Origin: Candidatus Magasanikiibacteriota bacterium
Lineage (GTDB): Bacteria; Patescibacteriota; Patescibacteriia; Magasanikbacterales; UBA922
NCBI GenBank assembly: GCA_041665025.1
Contig: JBAYJP010000002.1
Location: 128,691 to 192,690, forward strand
Direction of reading: 5' to 3'
DNA: 64,000 nt
Shown here: in pieces, positions 1-9,791 of the stretch
Numbering within the stretch: position 1 is the first letter of the stretch
How the letters are laid out: each line of letters starts with the position of its first letter
The notes under the pieces: model-generated
The model's database searches: none
Told to the model about the DNA's origin: nothing
What the model saw: the letters and a program-made list of their open reading frames with translations, nothing else
Translations under genes and position numbers: made by a program

Positions 1-190
1 AAAACATGGTCGAAATATGTTGTGCATAAAAAAAACCGGCGAGTCCGCCAAGCAAACAAATAAGTGAAAAAGTTCGTATACCACCAACAGAACCGGGGCG
101 GTCACCTTGTCCGCCATTTTCTCGTTCAAGTCCGATGACTGCACCCAAAATTACTGACAGTAATAATTGAAATGGGAGCGTTGCAAACAT
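1..190 (-). CDS. MgtC/SapB-family membrane protein, N-terminal part (runs off window)
   Basis: Manual translation MFATLPFQLLLSVILGAVIGLERE...GGIRTFSLICLLG carries the IGLERE/GIRTF MgtC signature. Confidence 0.75.
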   Translation of the reverse strand, partial: MFATLPFQLLLSVILGAVIGLERENGGQGDRPGSVGGIRTFSLICLLGGLAGFFYAQHISTMF

Positions 191-337
191 ATTTTTAAAA
201 TTAAAATAATTTGTATGGTGATAGTATAACAAAAAAACAGAAAAAATACTAAAAAGATATTGAAAAAATATTACAAAATTACTAACAGATATGTTGTTCT
301 TATGTTACATCAACAAAAATATTTTTGCGGTATTTGT

Positions 338-3300
338 TTAATATTTTTTTATCCTTTTTCTCACAAATAAAATAATTTTATTCCCCCATGTTTTTATCTT
401 CTCTCCTTTCGTTTTTCCCAAAAGTCCTACAAAAATAGCAGTGAGTCCACCAGCTGTTGCCGTCAAATATTTTTCCGCAATATCCGTTGCATTTTCTTTT
501 TGCGTTTCTTCTTGCTTTTGCACAAATGATTCTGCCACGCCAGTCTTCACAATATCTGTCATTGATCGAGGTAGTAGTTCATATCCGCTTTTTGTTTGGT
601 GCACAAGTCCATTTACCGTAACCAGATCTCCTTCCTGCAATGTCTGTTTGCTGATTCCTGCTCCCCGTTTAAAGTAAACTTTTACCTCTTCAGTGCCATC
701 ATCAACATACATATATGAACTTTTTATTTCAGTTATTTCTCCATTAACCTGTACGAGCCAACCCTCATACGGCTCTCCAATATCGGTGATTTCGACAACT
801 TTAGATTGTGGCTCTCCGGCATGTTCTATTTTTACAATATCAGCTTTGGTTGAAGTTTTTATACGAAGGTCCCCGCTGGCTTCTGACAACTCCCCGGTTA
901 CTTCAACCTTGTCTCCAACTACAATCTTGGGAAAATCTTTTTTATACATATATACTTGTATACCTGGGGATCCTACAATATAAAAAAACTGTGAACCCAA
1001 AACTCCAGGCTCCACAGCTACTGTGCCTACCACTTTTACCATATCCCCAATATCATTATCTCTAACTTTTTCAAGAGTTGTTTCAATGACTGATTTAACC
1101 TTAGTACCTTTGACTGATTTTGATGAAGACTTGGTCGTCTTTATCTTTTGCATTACGATATTTTCCTCACCAGGAGTCACCGTGCCGGTCCACACCCACT
1201 GTCCTTCACTATTTTTTACATACGATGAACCTTCTTCTACATCATCATATGGCACTTCACTCATGACCGTATTGTCAAAAGCAAGCAAACGAACTGCGTC
1301 ACTAGTATTATTTAATGATAATTTTGTATCCTGTTTGGCAAATATGCTATATTCATGAGGCAATAAAATAGTATTTTCGGGAAATATATATGCGCGCGAG
1401 CCCCCTTCTTCATCATCCAATTTCATACCAGAAATATCTGTCTCTGTATCACTCGGATTATACAGTTCAATAAACTCTGTTGTATCACTTCCTTCTGGAT
1501 TAGGAAAAATTTCACTAATAATCACTGAGCCAAAGTCTCCAGAACTTCCTCCAACAAATGAGCCGTTTCGTTTTACCGTTATAATAACTTTCTTTTTACT
1601 TTCCTGTTTTCCGTCAGATACCGTGACATTCACCGTGAATGTTCCTTCTTTTTCATAGACATGTTCGATGCTACTCCCTTCGCCGTCTTCGCCATCTCCA
1701 AAGTCCCATTCAAATGCCAATACATCTCCGTCAGGATCAGTTGAATCAGACGCGTCAAATGAAACCGATTCTCCGACAGCAACGTGTGTATCTACATCAA
1801 TTGAAATTAATGGCGCGGCGCTTTTCCCTTCAATTATATTACTACTACCTGATGTAATACTACTCGTCCACGCCCAACCTCCGTCATCCCGCCGTGAATA
1901 GCTTGTGCTCTCTTCGGCGCTTCCCTCAAAACGAACACTGTCTGCCAATGTACTATTTGGCAAAAACAACTTCACTTCTTCTCCACCAGAATTATTCAAA
2001 GCAATACCCGTTTGTGTTCGTTTAAACACGATATAACCAGACGGCGCAATATCACCCTGGGTAATAGTAAATTGTTTCGCAGAAGAATCTCCCAACTTCC
2101 AATCTTTGAGCGATACTGTTTCACTGCCATTATTTTTTAATTCGATAAATTCTTCGTCATTATCTGACCCGGGAGGATTTGGATATATTTCATTGATAAT
2201 AATTTTTCCACCACTAACTATTTGCTCATTATTTTCCAATGTAACAACATTTTTCTTGCCCTTCGTAATTGTTTTGGTAACTGCAAAATCATATAAATCG
2301 TAATCACTGTCTTGTCCGTCAACTTTTCTCGACAAACTCATGGGGTCTTCGGCAATAAGGGCGTTGTCCGAAAGATTCCCATCATTCCACAATCCATACG
2401 AAACACGATCAATTTCTTTTCCGCTTGCATCAAAAAGAATGATAAGATCTCCTGTATTATTCAAGCTCCCTTTTGGTTTTTCAATAACATAATGACCATG
2501 ACTTAAAACAGAACCAGCAATGGCTGTTTTTGTTTCACTTCCATCTTCGACCCACCAGCCAGATACATTTATTGTCTGGCTTGTTTTGTTAAATAATTCA
2601 ACAAATTCATCAGCACCATCTGACGGGTCACTCACGAGTTCGTTAATTACAACATCACCTTTTTGAATCTCTTGTGTTGTTTGAGGTGTGGGCGCGGGAG
2701 TTGAAGAACCACCCCCTCCACCACCTCCGGATGACGGAGGATTTACGACGGGAGCCGTTATACTATTTGCAAATCCTTTAGTTGGTGTTGTTGTTTCTTT
2801 AAAATCTTGAACCGTGTCAGTATCAATGCCGTCAGAAAATCGCGCCAGTGTATTTCCATCTTTGGGTGCGGATACATCCGAACCATAGATAATTTCATCA
2901 AGGATGTTACCTTGCGCATCTTTTAAAATAATAGAATCGCCATCATTATTTAATTTACTTGACGAAAGTTCTATAACCAAAAATCCTAATGGCTCGATAG
3001 TAGAAGATATCGTCGCTATTTTCCCAACTGTGTCATATAGTTCAAACCCGCTGAGATCAAAAGCTGTTGACGTGGGATTATATAATTCAATCCACTCACC
3101 ATCGTCATTTGCTGGGTCCACCATAAATTCATTGATAACCACATTTGAAATAGTAGAAGAGGATGATTCGCCATTACTTTCGTCATCACCTTCTTCTTGT
3201 CCGTCTCCATTGTTATCATCTTCATCATCACCACCAGGTTCTTCATCATCCGTAAACCAATAATTTTGTTCACCGGGTGTTGAGCCGTCGGGATTCATAT

Positions 3301-3829
3301 CCCAATTTGTAATGTCCTCTGGAAGTGTTTCGAAATCCTTACGTTCAAAAGAGTGTTTGTCTACTAATGCTGATGAAATACTATACGAAAAACGCTCGAC
3401 AAAATCATTACTACCAGCACCCCACTTTATTCCAATTTCCTCTCCATCACCGTGCAACGTTCCCCATGTGCTGTCAAAAACAGTTGAAGTAACATTGGGA
3501 TAATCTTGAAAAAAATATAAATCATTTTGGGCAATAATTGCGTATTCTCCCGGTTCAATTATGGTATCTTCTTGGACGCTTGACTCACTTAATGTAATTT
3601 TATGTGCAGTTTCATCTTCCCAGAATCTCCAATCGACGAGATCAACGGGTGCTTCTCCTTTATTAAATAATTCAATCCACTGATGTCCACTACTGCTTCC
3701 ACAGCCCGTGGGACAAATTTCTGAAATAACTACGTCTGAATTTTCACTATGTGCATAGTGAATAAATAAAAAAACACTCCCTATAACTAAGAGTGCTACT
3801 CCAACCAAAAAATTCCTCCTCGTATTCAT
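338..3829 (-). CDS. Large secreted/membrane-anchored protein with multiple lamin-tail domains, a PKD domain and C-terminal OB folds
   Basis: Repeated VVI[SN]E...E[WF][IV]EL[FY]N...LNNxGD lamin-tail motifs; FDASDSTDPDGD...WDFGDG PKD motif; N-terminal TM/signal; ATG at 3829 chosen over ORF start 3892. Confidence 0.8.
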   Translation of the reverse strand: MNTRRNFLVGVALLVIGSVFLFIHYAHSENSDVVISEICPTGCGSSSGHQWIELFNKGEAPVDLVDWRFWEDETAHKITLSESSVQEDTIIEPGEYAIIAQNDLYFFQDYPNVTSTVFDSTWGTLHGDGEEIGIKWGAGSNDFVERFSYSISSALVDKHSFERKDFETLPEDITNWDMNPDGSTPGEQNYWFTDDEEPGGDDEDDNNGDGQEEGDDESNGESSSSTISNVVINEFMVDPANDDGEWIELYNPTSTAFDLSGFELYDTVGKIATISSTIEPLGFLVIELSSSKLNNDGDSIILKDAQGNILDEIIYGSDVSAPKDGNTLARFSDGIDTDTVQDFKETTTPTKGFANSITAPVVNPPSSGGGGGGGSSTPAPTPQTTQEIQKGDVVINELVSDPSDGADEFVELFNKTSQTINVSGWWVEDGSETKTAIAGSVLSHGHYVIEKPKGSLNNTGDLIILFDASGKEIDRVSYGLWNDGNLSDNALIAEDPMSLSRKVDGQDSDYDLYDFAVTKTITKGKKNVVTLENNEQIVSGGKIIINEIYPNPPGSDNDEEFIELKNNGSETVSLKDWKLGDSSAKQFTITQGDIAPSGYIVFKRTQTGIALNNSGGEEVKLFLPNSTLADSVRFEGSAEESTSYSRRDDGGWAWTSSITSGSSNIIEGKSAAPLISIDVDTHVAVGESVSFDASDSTDPDGDVLAFEWDFGDGEDGEGSSIEHVYEKEGTFTVNVTVSDGKQESKKKVIITVKRNGSFVGGSSGDFGSVIISEIFPNPEGSDTTEFIELYNPSDTETDISGMKLDDEEGGSRAYIFPENTILLPHEYSIFAKQDTKLSLNNTSDAVRLLAFDNTVMSEVPYDDVEEGSSYVKNSEGQWVWTGTVTPGEENIVMQKIKTTKSSSKSVKGTKVKSVIETTLEKVRDNDIGDMVKVVGTVAVEPGVLGSQFFYIVGSPGIQVYMYKKDFPKIVVGDKVEVTGELSEASGDLRIKTSTKADIVKIEHAGEPQSKVVEITDIGEPYEGWLVQVNGEITEIKSSYMYVDDGTEEVKVYFKRGAGISKQTLQEGDLVTVNGLVHQTKSGYELLPRSMTDIVKTGVAESFVQKQEETQKENATDIAEKYLTATAGGLTAIFVGLLGKTKGEKIKTWGNKIILFVRKRIKKY

Positions 3830-4002
3830 ATCCCCCAAATTAAGATTAAATAAATATAAAAAAGTATAACATATACTAAGAGGAGTTGCCACAGAAAGAA
3901 TGTTGACAATTTCCAGCTTTTCACCTATAATAAACCATACTATTTTCTATATATTTTCACGCCTACCTCTACAAAAGAAAATAAATTTTCTTTTCATCCA
4001 CT

Positions 4003-4077
4003 GCGGGCATCATATAATGGTTATTATCCCAGTTTTCCAAACTGGTGACAGGAGTTCGATTCTCCTTGCCCGCTCCA
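4003..4077 (+). tRNA. tRNA-Gly(TCC)
   Basis: GCGGGCA/TGCCCGC acceptor stem, CCAGT-tt-TCC-aa-ACTGG anticodon arm, GTTCGATT T-loop, encoded CCA. Confidence 0.95.
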
Positions 4078-5658
4078 AGTTGAAAAAACGGTCTGAAAAT
4101 GACTGTTTTTTCTTTTATCTTCGCACAAAACACTTGGTTCTACTCGGGCAATTTTTAAGATTTCGTTTTCAAGCCCGTTCTTCAAAGTGAGGTACGGTTT
4201 TTGTAGTTCAATACTGAGTTTTCCATCTCTAAAATAAAAGTTCTGACCAATGCATTTCAAAATATGCGTTTTGGTTTCAAAGTCCCCATGTTCAAACCAG
4301 TGCTTTGCATATGTAGCAAAATTAAATGTCTTTTCAGTGAGATCAAGCCAGTCGTCTACTCGCGTCTCGGTTTTCCTAATCTCAAGCTCTATTCGCCCCT
4401 TTTCTGACACCAAAGAACTTTTTTGTCCTCTAAATTCTTCTTCCGTTATCATCTCCTTTTTTGCATTTTCAGGAGAGATATACAAATTTATTAAATTATC
4501 TATGCGCCTAAGACAGGAATTATAATTATCTTGAAGGTTGCTGACGATAATGTTTCGGTCATACTCCTCTACAAGATTTTGGTCTCGCAAGACTTGAATT
4601 GCCCAGTGTAAAAATTCCTCTGGGATAGTAATACTGTCTAAGTAATCAGTTACTTGTTTTAACAATGCACTATGTTCTATAGATTTTTGATGACACTCAA
4701 TATCCCTGCGATTATGTGAGCAGTGGTGGTAAAGATACTGTTTAATTTTTCCGGTTGTTTTATTTTTCTTATGTTTTTCTTCGGCGACGATCATTCCTCC
4801 ACACTCTGCGCATTTAATCACTCCGCTAAATGGTAACCTCTTATTTTTTGGCCGCGGTTTACCCTTTTTACCCAAAATGGTCTGTGCCAAATCAAATTCT
4901 TCTTTTGTTATCATTGGTTTGTGTTTACCTTGATAAATCGTACTCTTGTACATAAATTCGCCACAATAAAACATATTATTAAGCATTTTGTAGGTTCCAT
5001 TAACACTCATCTTTTTGCCTTCTGATGTTCTTAAACCCCATTCTTCTGTGGCTATTCTTTTAATCTGCATTACTGAGTAGTTATCCGTTAGAAGTAAATC
5101 CCACATTTTTCTAACTAAAGAGAAACGCTCTTGATCTACGAATACAACTTTATTCCCTTTTTCTCCGAACTTGTCATTCAAGTAACCAATCGGGGCTTTA
5201 CCTGGCCGCCAACCCTTTTCTACCTTAGACTTCATACCGCGTGTAACATCTTTACTTAGGTCAATAATAAACTGATTTGCCATGCCAAGCTCTACTGCCA
5301 TCATAAGTACATTATCTGTCGGCAAATACTCACGCCCCGGGGTTATAATTGATTTCATCACCTCTTGCTGAAGTAACCACTGTATTTCCCCTCCATCCAC
5401 TGGATTTCGCGACAAACGATTGAGCTTCCAACAGATGATCGCGTCGGCTTGTCCACTCTTCAGCATGGCCATCATTTCGTTATACATCGGTCTTCCGGGC
5501 TGTTTGGCTGATTTTGACTCGCCGAATGTCTTAACAACATTTAGCCCCCTACGGGTAACTTCATATGCCAATTCGCGTCGTTGGTCTTCAATTGATTGAA
5601 CCTGACGATCTTCTGCATCGGTAGATTTTCTCAAATACATGATATATCGTAATTTCAT
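4024..5658 (-). CDS. Large serine recombinase (resolvase + recombinase + Zn-ribbon domains); C-terminus read from the antisense strand of tRNA-Gly
   Basis: YLRKST catalytic motif, Q-SIEDQ, ESKSAK..GRP, LNRLSRN, G..PGKAPIGY, CAECGG zinc ribbon, coiled coil. Confidence 0.93.
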   Translation of the reverse strand: MKLRYIMYLRKSTDAEDRQVQSIEDQRRELAYEVTRRGLNVVKTFGESKSAKQPGRPMYNEMMAMLKSGQADAIICWKLNRLSRNPVDGGEIQWLLQQEVMKSIITPGREYLPTDNVLMMAVELGMANQFIIDLSKDVTRGMKSKVEKGWRPGKAPIGYLNDKFGEKGNKVVFVDQERFSLVRKMWDLLLTDNYSVMQIKRIATEEWGLRTSEGKKMSVNGTYKMLNNMFYCGEFMYKSTIYQGKHKPMITKEEFDLAQTILGKKGKPRPKNKRLPFSGVIKCAECGGMIVAEEKHKKNKTTGKIKQYLYHHCSHNRRDIECHQKSIEHSALLKQVTDYLDSITIPEEFLHWAIQVLRDQNLVEEYDRNIIVSNLQDNYNSCLRRIDNLINLYISPENAKKEMITEEEFRGQKSSLVSEKGRIELEIRKTETRVDDWLDLTEKTFNFATYAKHWFEHGDFETKTHILKCIGQNFYFRDGKLSIELQKPYLTLKNGLENEILKIARVEPSVLCEDKRKNSHFQTVFSTWSGQGESNSCHQFGKLG

Positions 5659-5825
5659 ATAATTTTAATTAGGTAAATTAAAAGGGACGGCTAAGGTTGA
5701 CCCAAATCCGCTACCCCGAAGGATTGCCTCATTGGCATAGCCGCCCCTTTTAAGGGACGAGACAAAAAAACGGGGTTTTGATGGATTTTGGGTCAACGAT
5801 TACATTATACCATAAGCAAATATTT

Positions 5826-6194
5826 TTAGAATGACTTAAAATTTTTGTTAAGGGTCTCCTCAATTTTTGAGACTCTTTCTCCTAAATCAGAGACTTCCAT
5901 GGCCTTAATCAAATGTCCAGATAGGTATCCCAAGCAATTTGCGATCTTTAATTCTATCAAGCCGCTGCGCACTTCATTGATTGTGGTTGCAAGTAGTACA
6001 ACCACATCTTTTGGTTTGTTGATAATAACTGGTGGGAGCCTGCTCCGGTTCTTCTTGGACATTCTTCCACCCCTAAGGATCGCCTCTCTTCTTTCTTTTT
6101 TTGTCTCTGGATTATGGATAAAGCAGAACCTGCTATTTTTCATTGCGCTGGCAAGACATTGTTTATTGTTAAATTTAATATAATTACATCTCAT
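5826..6194 (-). CDS. Hypothetical mobile-element protein with N-terminal Cys/His (C..C..C..H) motif
   Basis: MRCNY...QCLASAMKNSRFCFIHNP; overlaps the upstream ORF by 4 nt (coupled). Confidence 0.65.
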   Translation of the reverse strand: MRCNYIKFNNKQCLASAMKNSRFCFIHNPETKKERREAILRGGRMSKKNRSRLPPVIINKPKDVVVLLATTINEVRSGLIELKIANCLGYLSGHLIKAMEVSDLGERVSKIEETLNKNFKSF

Positions 6195-6544
6195 ACTTTT
6201 TTGAAAAATCTATAGGCCTTTACCATCTGTTCATATTCTTCTAATAATTTTTCTTTTATATCTTGCCTTTCTTCATGTTTTATTTCCCAGTCTCTTTGTT
6301 TAGCCAATAAACCAAGCATTTCATCATTCGTCTTTTCAGTCTGTCTAAGCATTTCAAATATCGTTGGATTATCTAAAAATAACTCTCTATATTCATTCGC
6401 TTCATCTTCATTTTTTATCCTCTGATAAATTGAGCGGCGCAATCGTAAAGATAACTCCACAAGTTGTGCTTCGGATAGGTTCCTAAATGGCCTATTATTC
6501 ACGGGAATGCTTTTTTCTATCTTTTTAATTCTTGATTCCATCAT
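6191..6544 (-). CDS. Hypothetical protein
   Basis: 117-aa ORF translationally coupled to 5826..6194. Confidence 0.55.
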   Translation of the reverse strand: MMESRIKKIEKSIPVNNRPFRNLSEAQLVELSLRLRRSIYQRIKNEDEANEYRELFLDNPTIFEMLRQTEKTNDEMLGLLAKQRDWEIKHEERQDIKEKLLEEYEQMVKAYRFFKKV

Positions 6545-6912
6545 AAGCGTAGCTTATGGGGTATACCCCCACATATTTCTACTAAGTATTTATCGGATAT
6601 GGACAAGAGGGATTAAAAGCCCACTATTATACAGTAGCTTCTATTTCGGCCGTATTTCTCCGTTGTTTCTCGGTACGGCCTATGGCTCACTCTCCGTGGG
6701 GTCAGTACTCTGCCCGTTGGGTAACTCTATATCGCCAAGCCAATTCAATTTAACGATACAGACGGTCTTGGTTTATCGGCGTAAGGAGTTCCGATTGCTG
6801 TCGGAACCGCATCAGGATTACCAAGTCCTATGATTTGATGGCGTCCACGGGGTGGCTCATAGGTTCGCCCACCGTCCCCCGCAGTATTTAATCCCTCACC
6901 CAATTTCCGATA

Positions 6913-7077
6913 TTATTCTTGAAACTGAGCATCTTCTTTTTTGATTGGTTTATAAATTAACCCAACAAGCTGGACGAGCTTTATTGCTTGTTCTCGTGCG
7001 TCTTCAAGACCGATCTCTTTACCAAAGAGGTTCTTGTAGAGTGTTTGAAATTTTGCAACTTGCTCATCCGATACCAT
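6913..7077 (-). CDS. Small hypothetical protein (54 aa), not in ORF track
   Basis: Manual translation MVSDEQVAKFQTLYKNLFGKEIGLEDAREQAIKLVQLVGLIYKPIKKEDAQFQE, directly downstream of 7082..7363. Confidence 0.6.
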   Translation of the reverse strand: MVSDEQVAKFQTLYKNLFGKEIGLEDAREQAIKLVQLVGLIYKPIKKEDAQFQE

Positions 7078-7081
7078 ACAA

Positions 7082-7363
7082 CTATGATTTACTGCTATAA
7101 ATTCTATTTTTTAGCATTTTGATATTATCAAAGTAAGCTCTTGCTCCCACATTCATTTTGTCACAAAAATAAGCACCAAACGCCTCCTCAACCTCAACTC
7201 CTTCCCTAAACCCAAAGAGCACCCTACGCGAGTTGGTCTTATCTAAAGATACGAGCTCCAAACCCACAGTTACAAGAGCTGCAGCACAACCCAGATCAGA
7301 TGTTGTGAAAATTTTTGGTTGTTCTTCTAACAATTGTTTATTTAATTCTAATCCAGTTTTCAT
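7082..7363 (-). CDS. Hypothetical protein, DUF5659-like
   Basis: FTTSDLGCAAAL...ELVSLDK....RVLFGF pattern recalled for this family. Confidence 0.55.
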   Translation of the reverse strand: MKTGLELNKQLLEEQPKIFTTSDLGCAAALVTVGLELVSLDKTNSRRVLFGFREGVEVEEAFGAYFCDKMNVGARAYFDNIKMLKNRIYSSKS

Positions 7364-7510
7364 ATTTGCTATTGAATGTATTGCTTGTATTATGATGGGA
7401 AATCATTCTTTTTTTGATAGGTTTTTACTCTACCTCAAAAAATAAAAAAATGGCTTATATTAGCCATTTGATTTGACAAAATTAACACCCAGTTAAGGGA
7501 TAGTGTTACC

Positions 7511-8338
7511 TTAGTGGAAGCTTATGTCATATTCTTCTTTGTTTAGAGCATAGCCCCCAGTAGGCAGACTGATAATCAATTTTCTTTTTTTGTCTTGAGA
7601 TTTTTCTATTTGCATTTTTTTCAAAAAAATTTTATTAATATTTGATATCTCCTTTCCTATAAATTCAGCGTTCTTTTTTCTTAATAGTAATTCTGAAAGT
7701 TCTTTGCCGCTTAATTTTTTATTGCTAAGGAAGTCAATTATTTTTCGTCGGTTTCCTTTTATAGAATACTGTAATTTTTTTCCTCGTTCTATTCTCCAAA
7801 TTCCTGAATCAGAAGTAATATGGATAGTAAGTTTATTATCATCAAAACTATCATTGATCAAATCAACCTTTTTCTTTTCTTCTTTAAGATAATCAACAAA
7901 TTTCTTATTGCTGTGTTTCTTATTTTCACGCCGTTTTTTAAGTAGATTATTAATATAGTCAAAAATTTCTTTATCGTCCTCTGACAGACTAAATTTTGGC
8001 GACCCTACAAGGATATACTCCTTTTCAATTTGTGCAAGACATTTTTCAACTAAAATACGATCATGTTCCCAAACAATGTTCTTCTCTTGCAAGTCACTAA
8101 TAAGATCGTCTGGCAGCAGGAGCAGTAAATCGCGTTTAACACTATCAAATTCAGGGAAATCTAACATTGATTGGAGGTAACTTTTAATGAGCATGTAAAT
8201 ACCATTTAGTTCTCTATCCCCAATTGCCAAATAGCCTGTTAATACCAAATCTGTCATGTCTAATAATTTGTCCAAATATAGCTGGCTTAGGAAGAGACGC
8301 TGCCCAAAGTTTGTATAGGTTTTTCTTTTCATATTCAT
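7511..8338 (-). CDS. Hypothetical protein with possible C-terminal winged helix
   Basis: 275-aa AT-rich ORF ending ...LSGKELSELL...GGYAL. Confidence 0.6.
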   Translation of the reverse strand: MNMKRKTYTNFGQRLFLSQLYLDKLLDMTDLVLTGYLAIGDRELNGIYMLIKSYLQSMLDFPEFDSVKRDLLLLLPDDLISDLQEKNIVWEHDRILVEKCLAQIEKEYILVGSPKFSLSEDDKEIFDYINNLLKKRRENKKHSNKKFVDYLKEEKKKVDLINDSFDDNKLTIHITSDSGIWRIERGKKLQYSIKGNRRKIIDFLSNKKLSGKELSELLLRKKNAEFIGKEISNINKIFLKKMQIEKSQDKKRKLIISLPTGGYALNKEEYDISFH

Positions 8339-8660
8339 AATAATTTTACTTATATATTACGCCTTTACATTGTAAGTTACAATGTTTTAATCATTATAAC
8401 AATTGTCTAATTACAACCACTGAAAAATTACGCTTGGAACTTGATTTCTGGCCCAAAATGATATAGTATTAAGTGGACAACTTAAGACCTAAACCCGTCT
8501 CGGGCATGGTCAAAAACACTGCACAAACATAGAGATGGCTATTCCGTCTCTGGCATTGTTTGTGCAGTCAGTAGCCGAAAGGTTACTGGGTTCCGAAAGG
8601 GACCGCCAGTGTACGGGTAGCCTTTTTTGTTTTCCGAATATCAATAACACAATGTGTAAT

Positions 8661-9350
8661 ATGGATAGATATAAAATTAAAAAAGGAATTTTCAATAAAT
8701 CCACAATAACAATTGTCGTTACTTTTTTGATTTTAGGGTCTGTATATTCTGGTGTTGTGCTGTATAGAAAATCTCTGGCTAACAAAACACAAGCGGAATT
8801 ATTGCACGTCACTGGAGCACAAGAAGAACCCACAGAAATTACAGGAGAGAAATTCTATCAAATTACCCTAAGTTCATCACCATATAGAAGATCAGATGAT
8901 GACCGTCTGGGCGATATAATGCTGGAGGTCAATTTGAAGAATTTGAACATTACTCCTTTTATTACCAATTTAGGTACTGACAAATGCATTCTTTCTGACA
9001 AGTTAGGCAGACAATACCAAGCGGACCTCATAAGCGAAGTCCCACTTAAAAAAGCACTTCTTACGGGGGAGGAAGTATCTGTAAAAATTGACGGGGCATT
9101 ATACATAAATGTTCTTCAAGAAGGAGAAACATCTTGCCAAAAAGAAGGGTCTGGAGTGATTGACTGGGTTCATAACAATGATTGGGTCAAAAACGCTGTT
9201 AAATGCGTCTACAGCCCTTCTGGAGAGTGTACATGTGAGGACATTGGTCCACTCTCAGTGAATGAATGCACTTTCCGCGTTACTTCGGATGGAAAACAGG
9301 CGTCTAACGGCTGGGGTCAATATCCATTAGTTGTACCTATCCAGAATTAA
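8661..9350 (+). CDS. Membrane-anchored hypothetical protein (Cys-containing extracellular part)
   Basis: N-terminal TM helix; ATG 8661 preferred because 8486-8628 looks like structured RNA. Confidence 0.6.
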   Translation: MDRYKIKKGIFNKSTITIVVTFLILGSVYSGVVLYRKSLANKTQAELLHVTGAQEEPTEITGEKFYQITLSSSPYRRSDDDRLGDIMLEVNLKNLNITPFITNLGTDKCILSDKLGRQYQADLISEVPLKKALLTGEEVSVKIDGALYINVLQEGETSCQKEGSGVIDWVHNNDWVKNAVKCVYSPSGECTCEDIGPLSVNECTFRVTSDGKQASNGWGQYPLVVPIQN

Positions 9351-9361
9351 ACCTGAAATAT

Positions 9362-9790
9362 ATGAACAAGAAAATTATTATTTTTAGCATAATTATCATT
9401 ATCGTTACCATTCTTGCTGGTGGTATCTACAAGGTCGTATCATTAAACCAAAAAATCTCTTATTACAAAAACAAGGAAGCCGAGGATTACTTCAAAAAGA
9501 AATTAGAGTGCGGTGAAATGGCCGCCCCAATTAAAGAGGAACTTCAAAAATATAACTCGGGCCCTCTTTCTCTATTTGTAGAAAATTTTGAGATGGTTTT
9601 TTATAGCCCTAAAGAAAATAGCTGTATTTATTCCATAGAGAGACTTTACACGGGGGACCAACCCGAACGGGAATACGTTGTCTATAATGCCCTCACAAAA
9701 CACAAGATTACTTCTTTTCAATTTCCATCCCAGTGGGAAAATTACAAATCATTTTTATTAGAGTATTCAAACGGAGAGATTAGATTGTAA
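9362..9790 (+). CDS. Membrane-anchored hypothetical protein
   Basis: N-terminal hydrophobic helix; FYSPKENSCIY motif. Confidence 0.65.
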   Translation: MNKKIIIFSIIIIIVTILAGGIYKVVSLNQKISYYKNKEAEDYFKKKLECGEMAAPIKEELQKYNSGPLSLFVENFEMVFYSPKENSCIYSIERLYTGDQPEREYVVYNALTKHKITSFQFPSQWENYKSFLLEYSNGEIRL

Positions 9791-9791
9791 A

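Noticed and set aside
3900-4190. 96-aa plus-strand ORF
   Set aside because: Overlaps tRNA-Gly and the recombinase end; no recognisable protein features.
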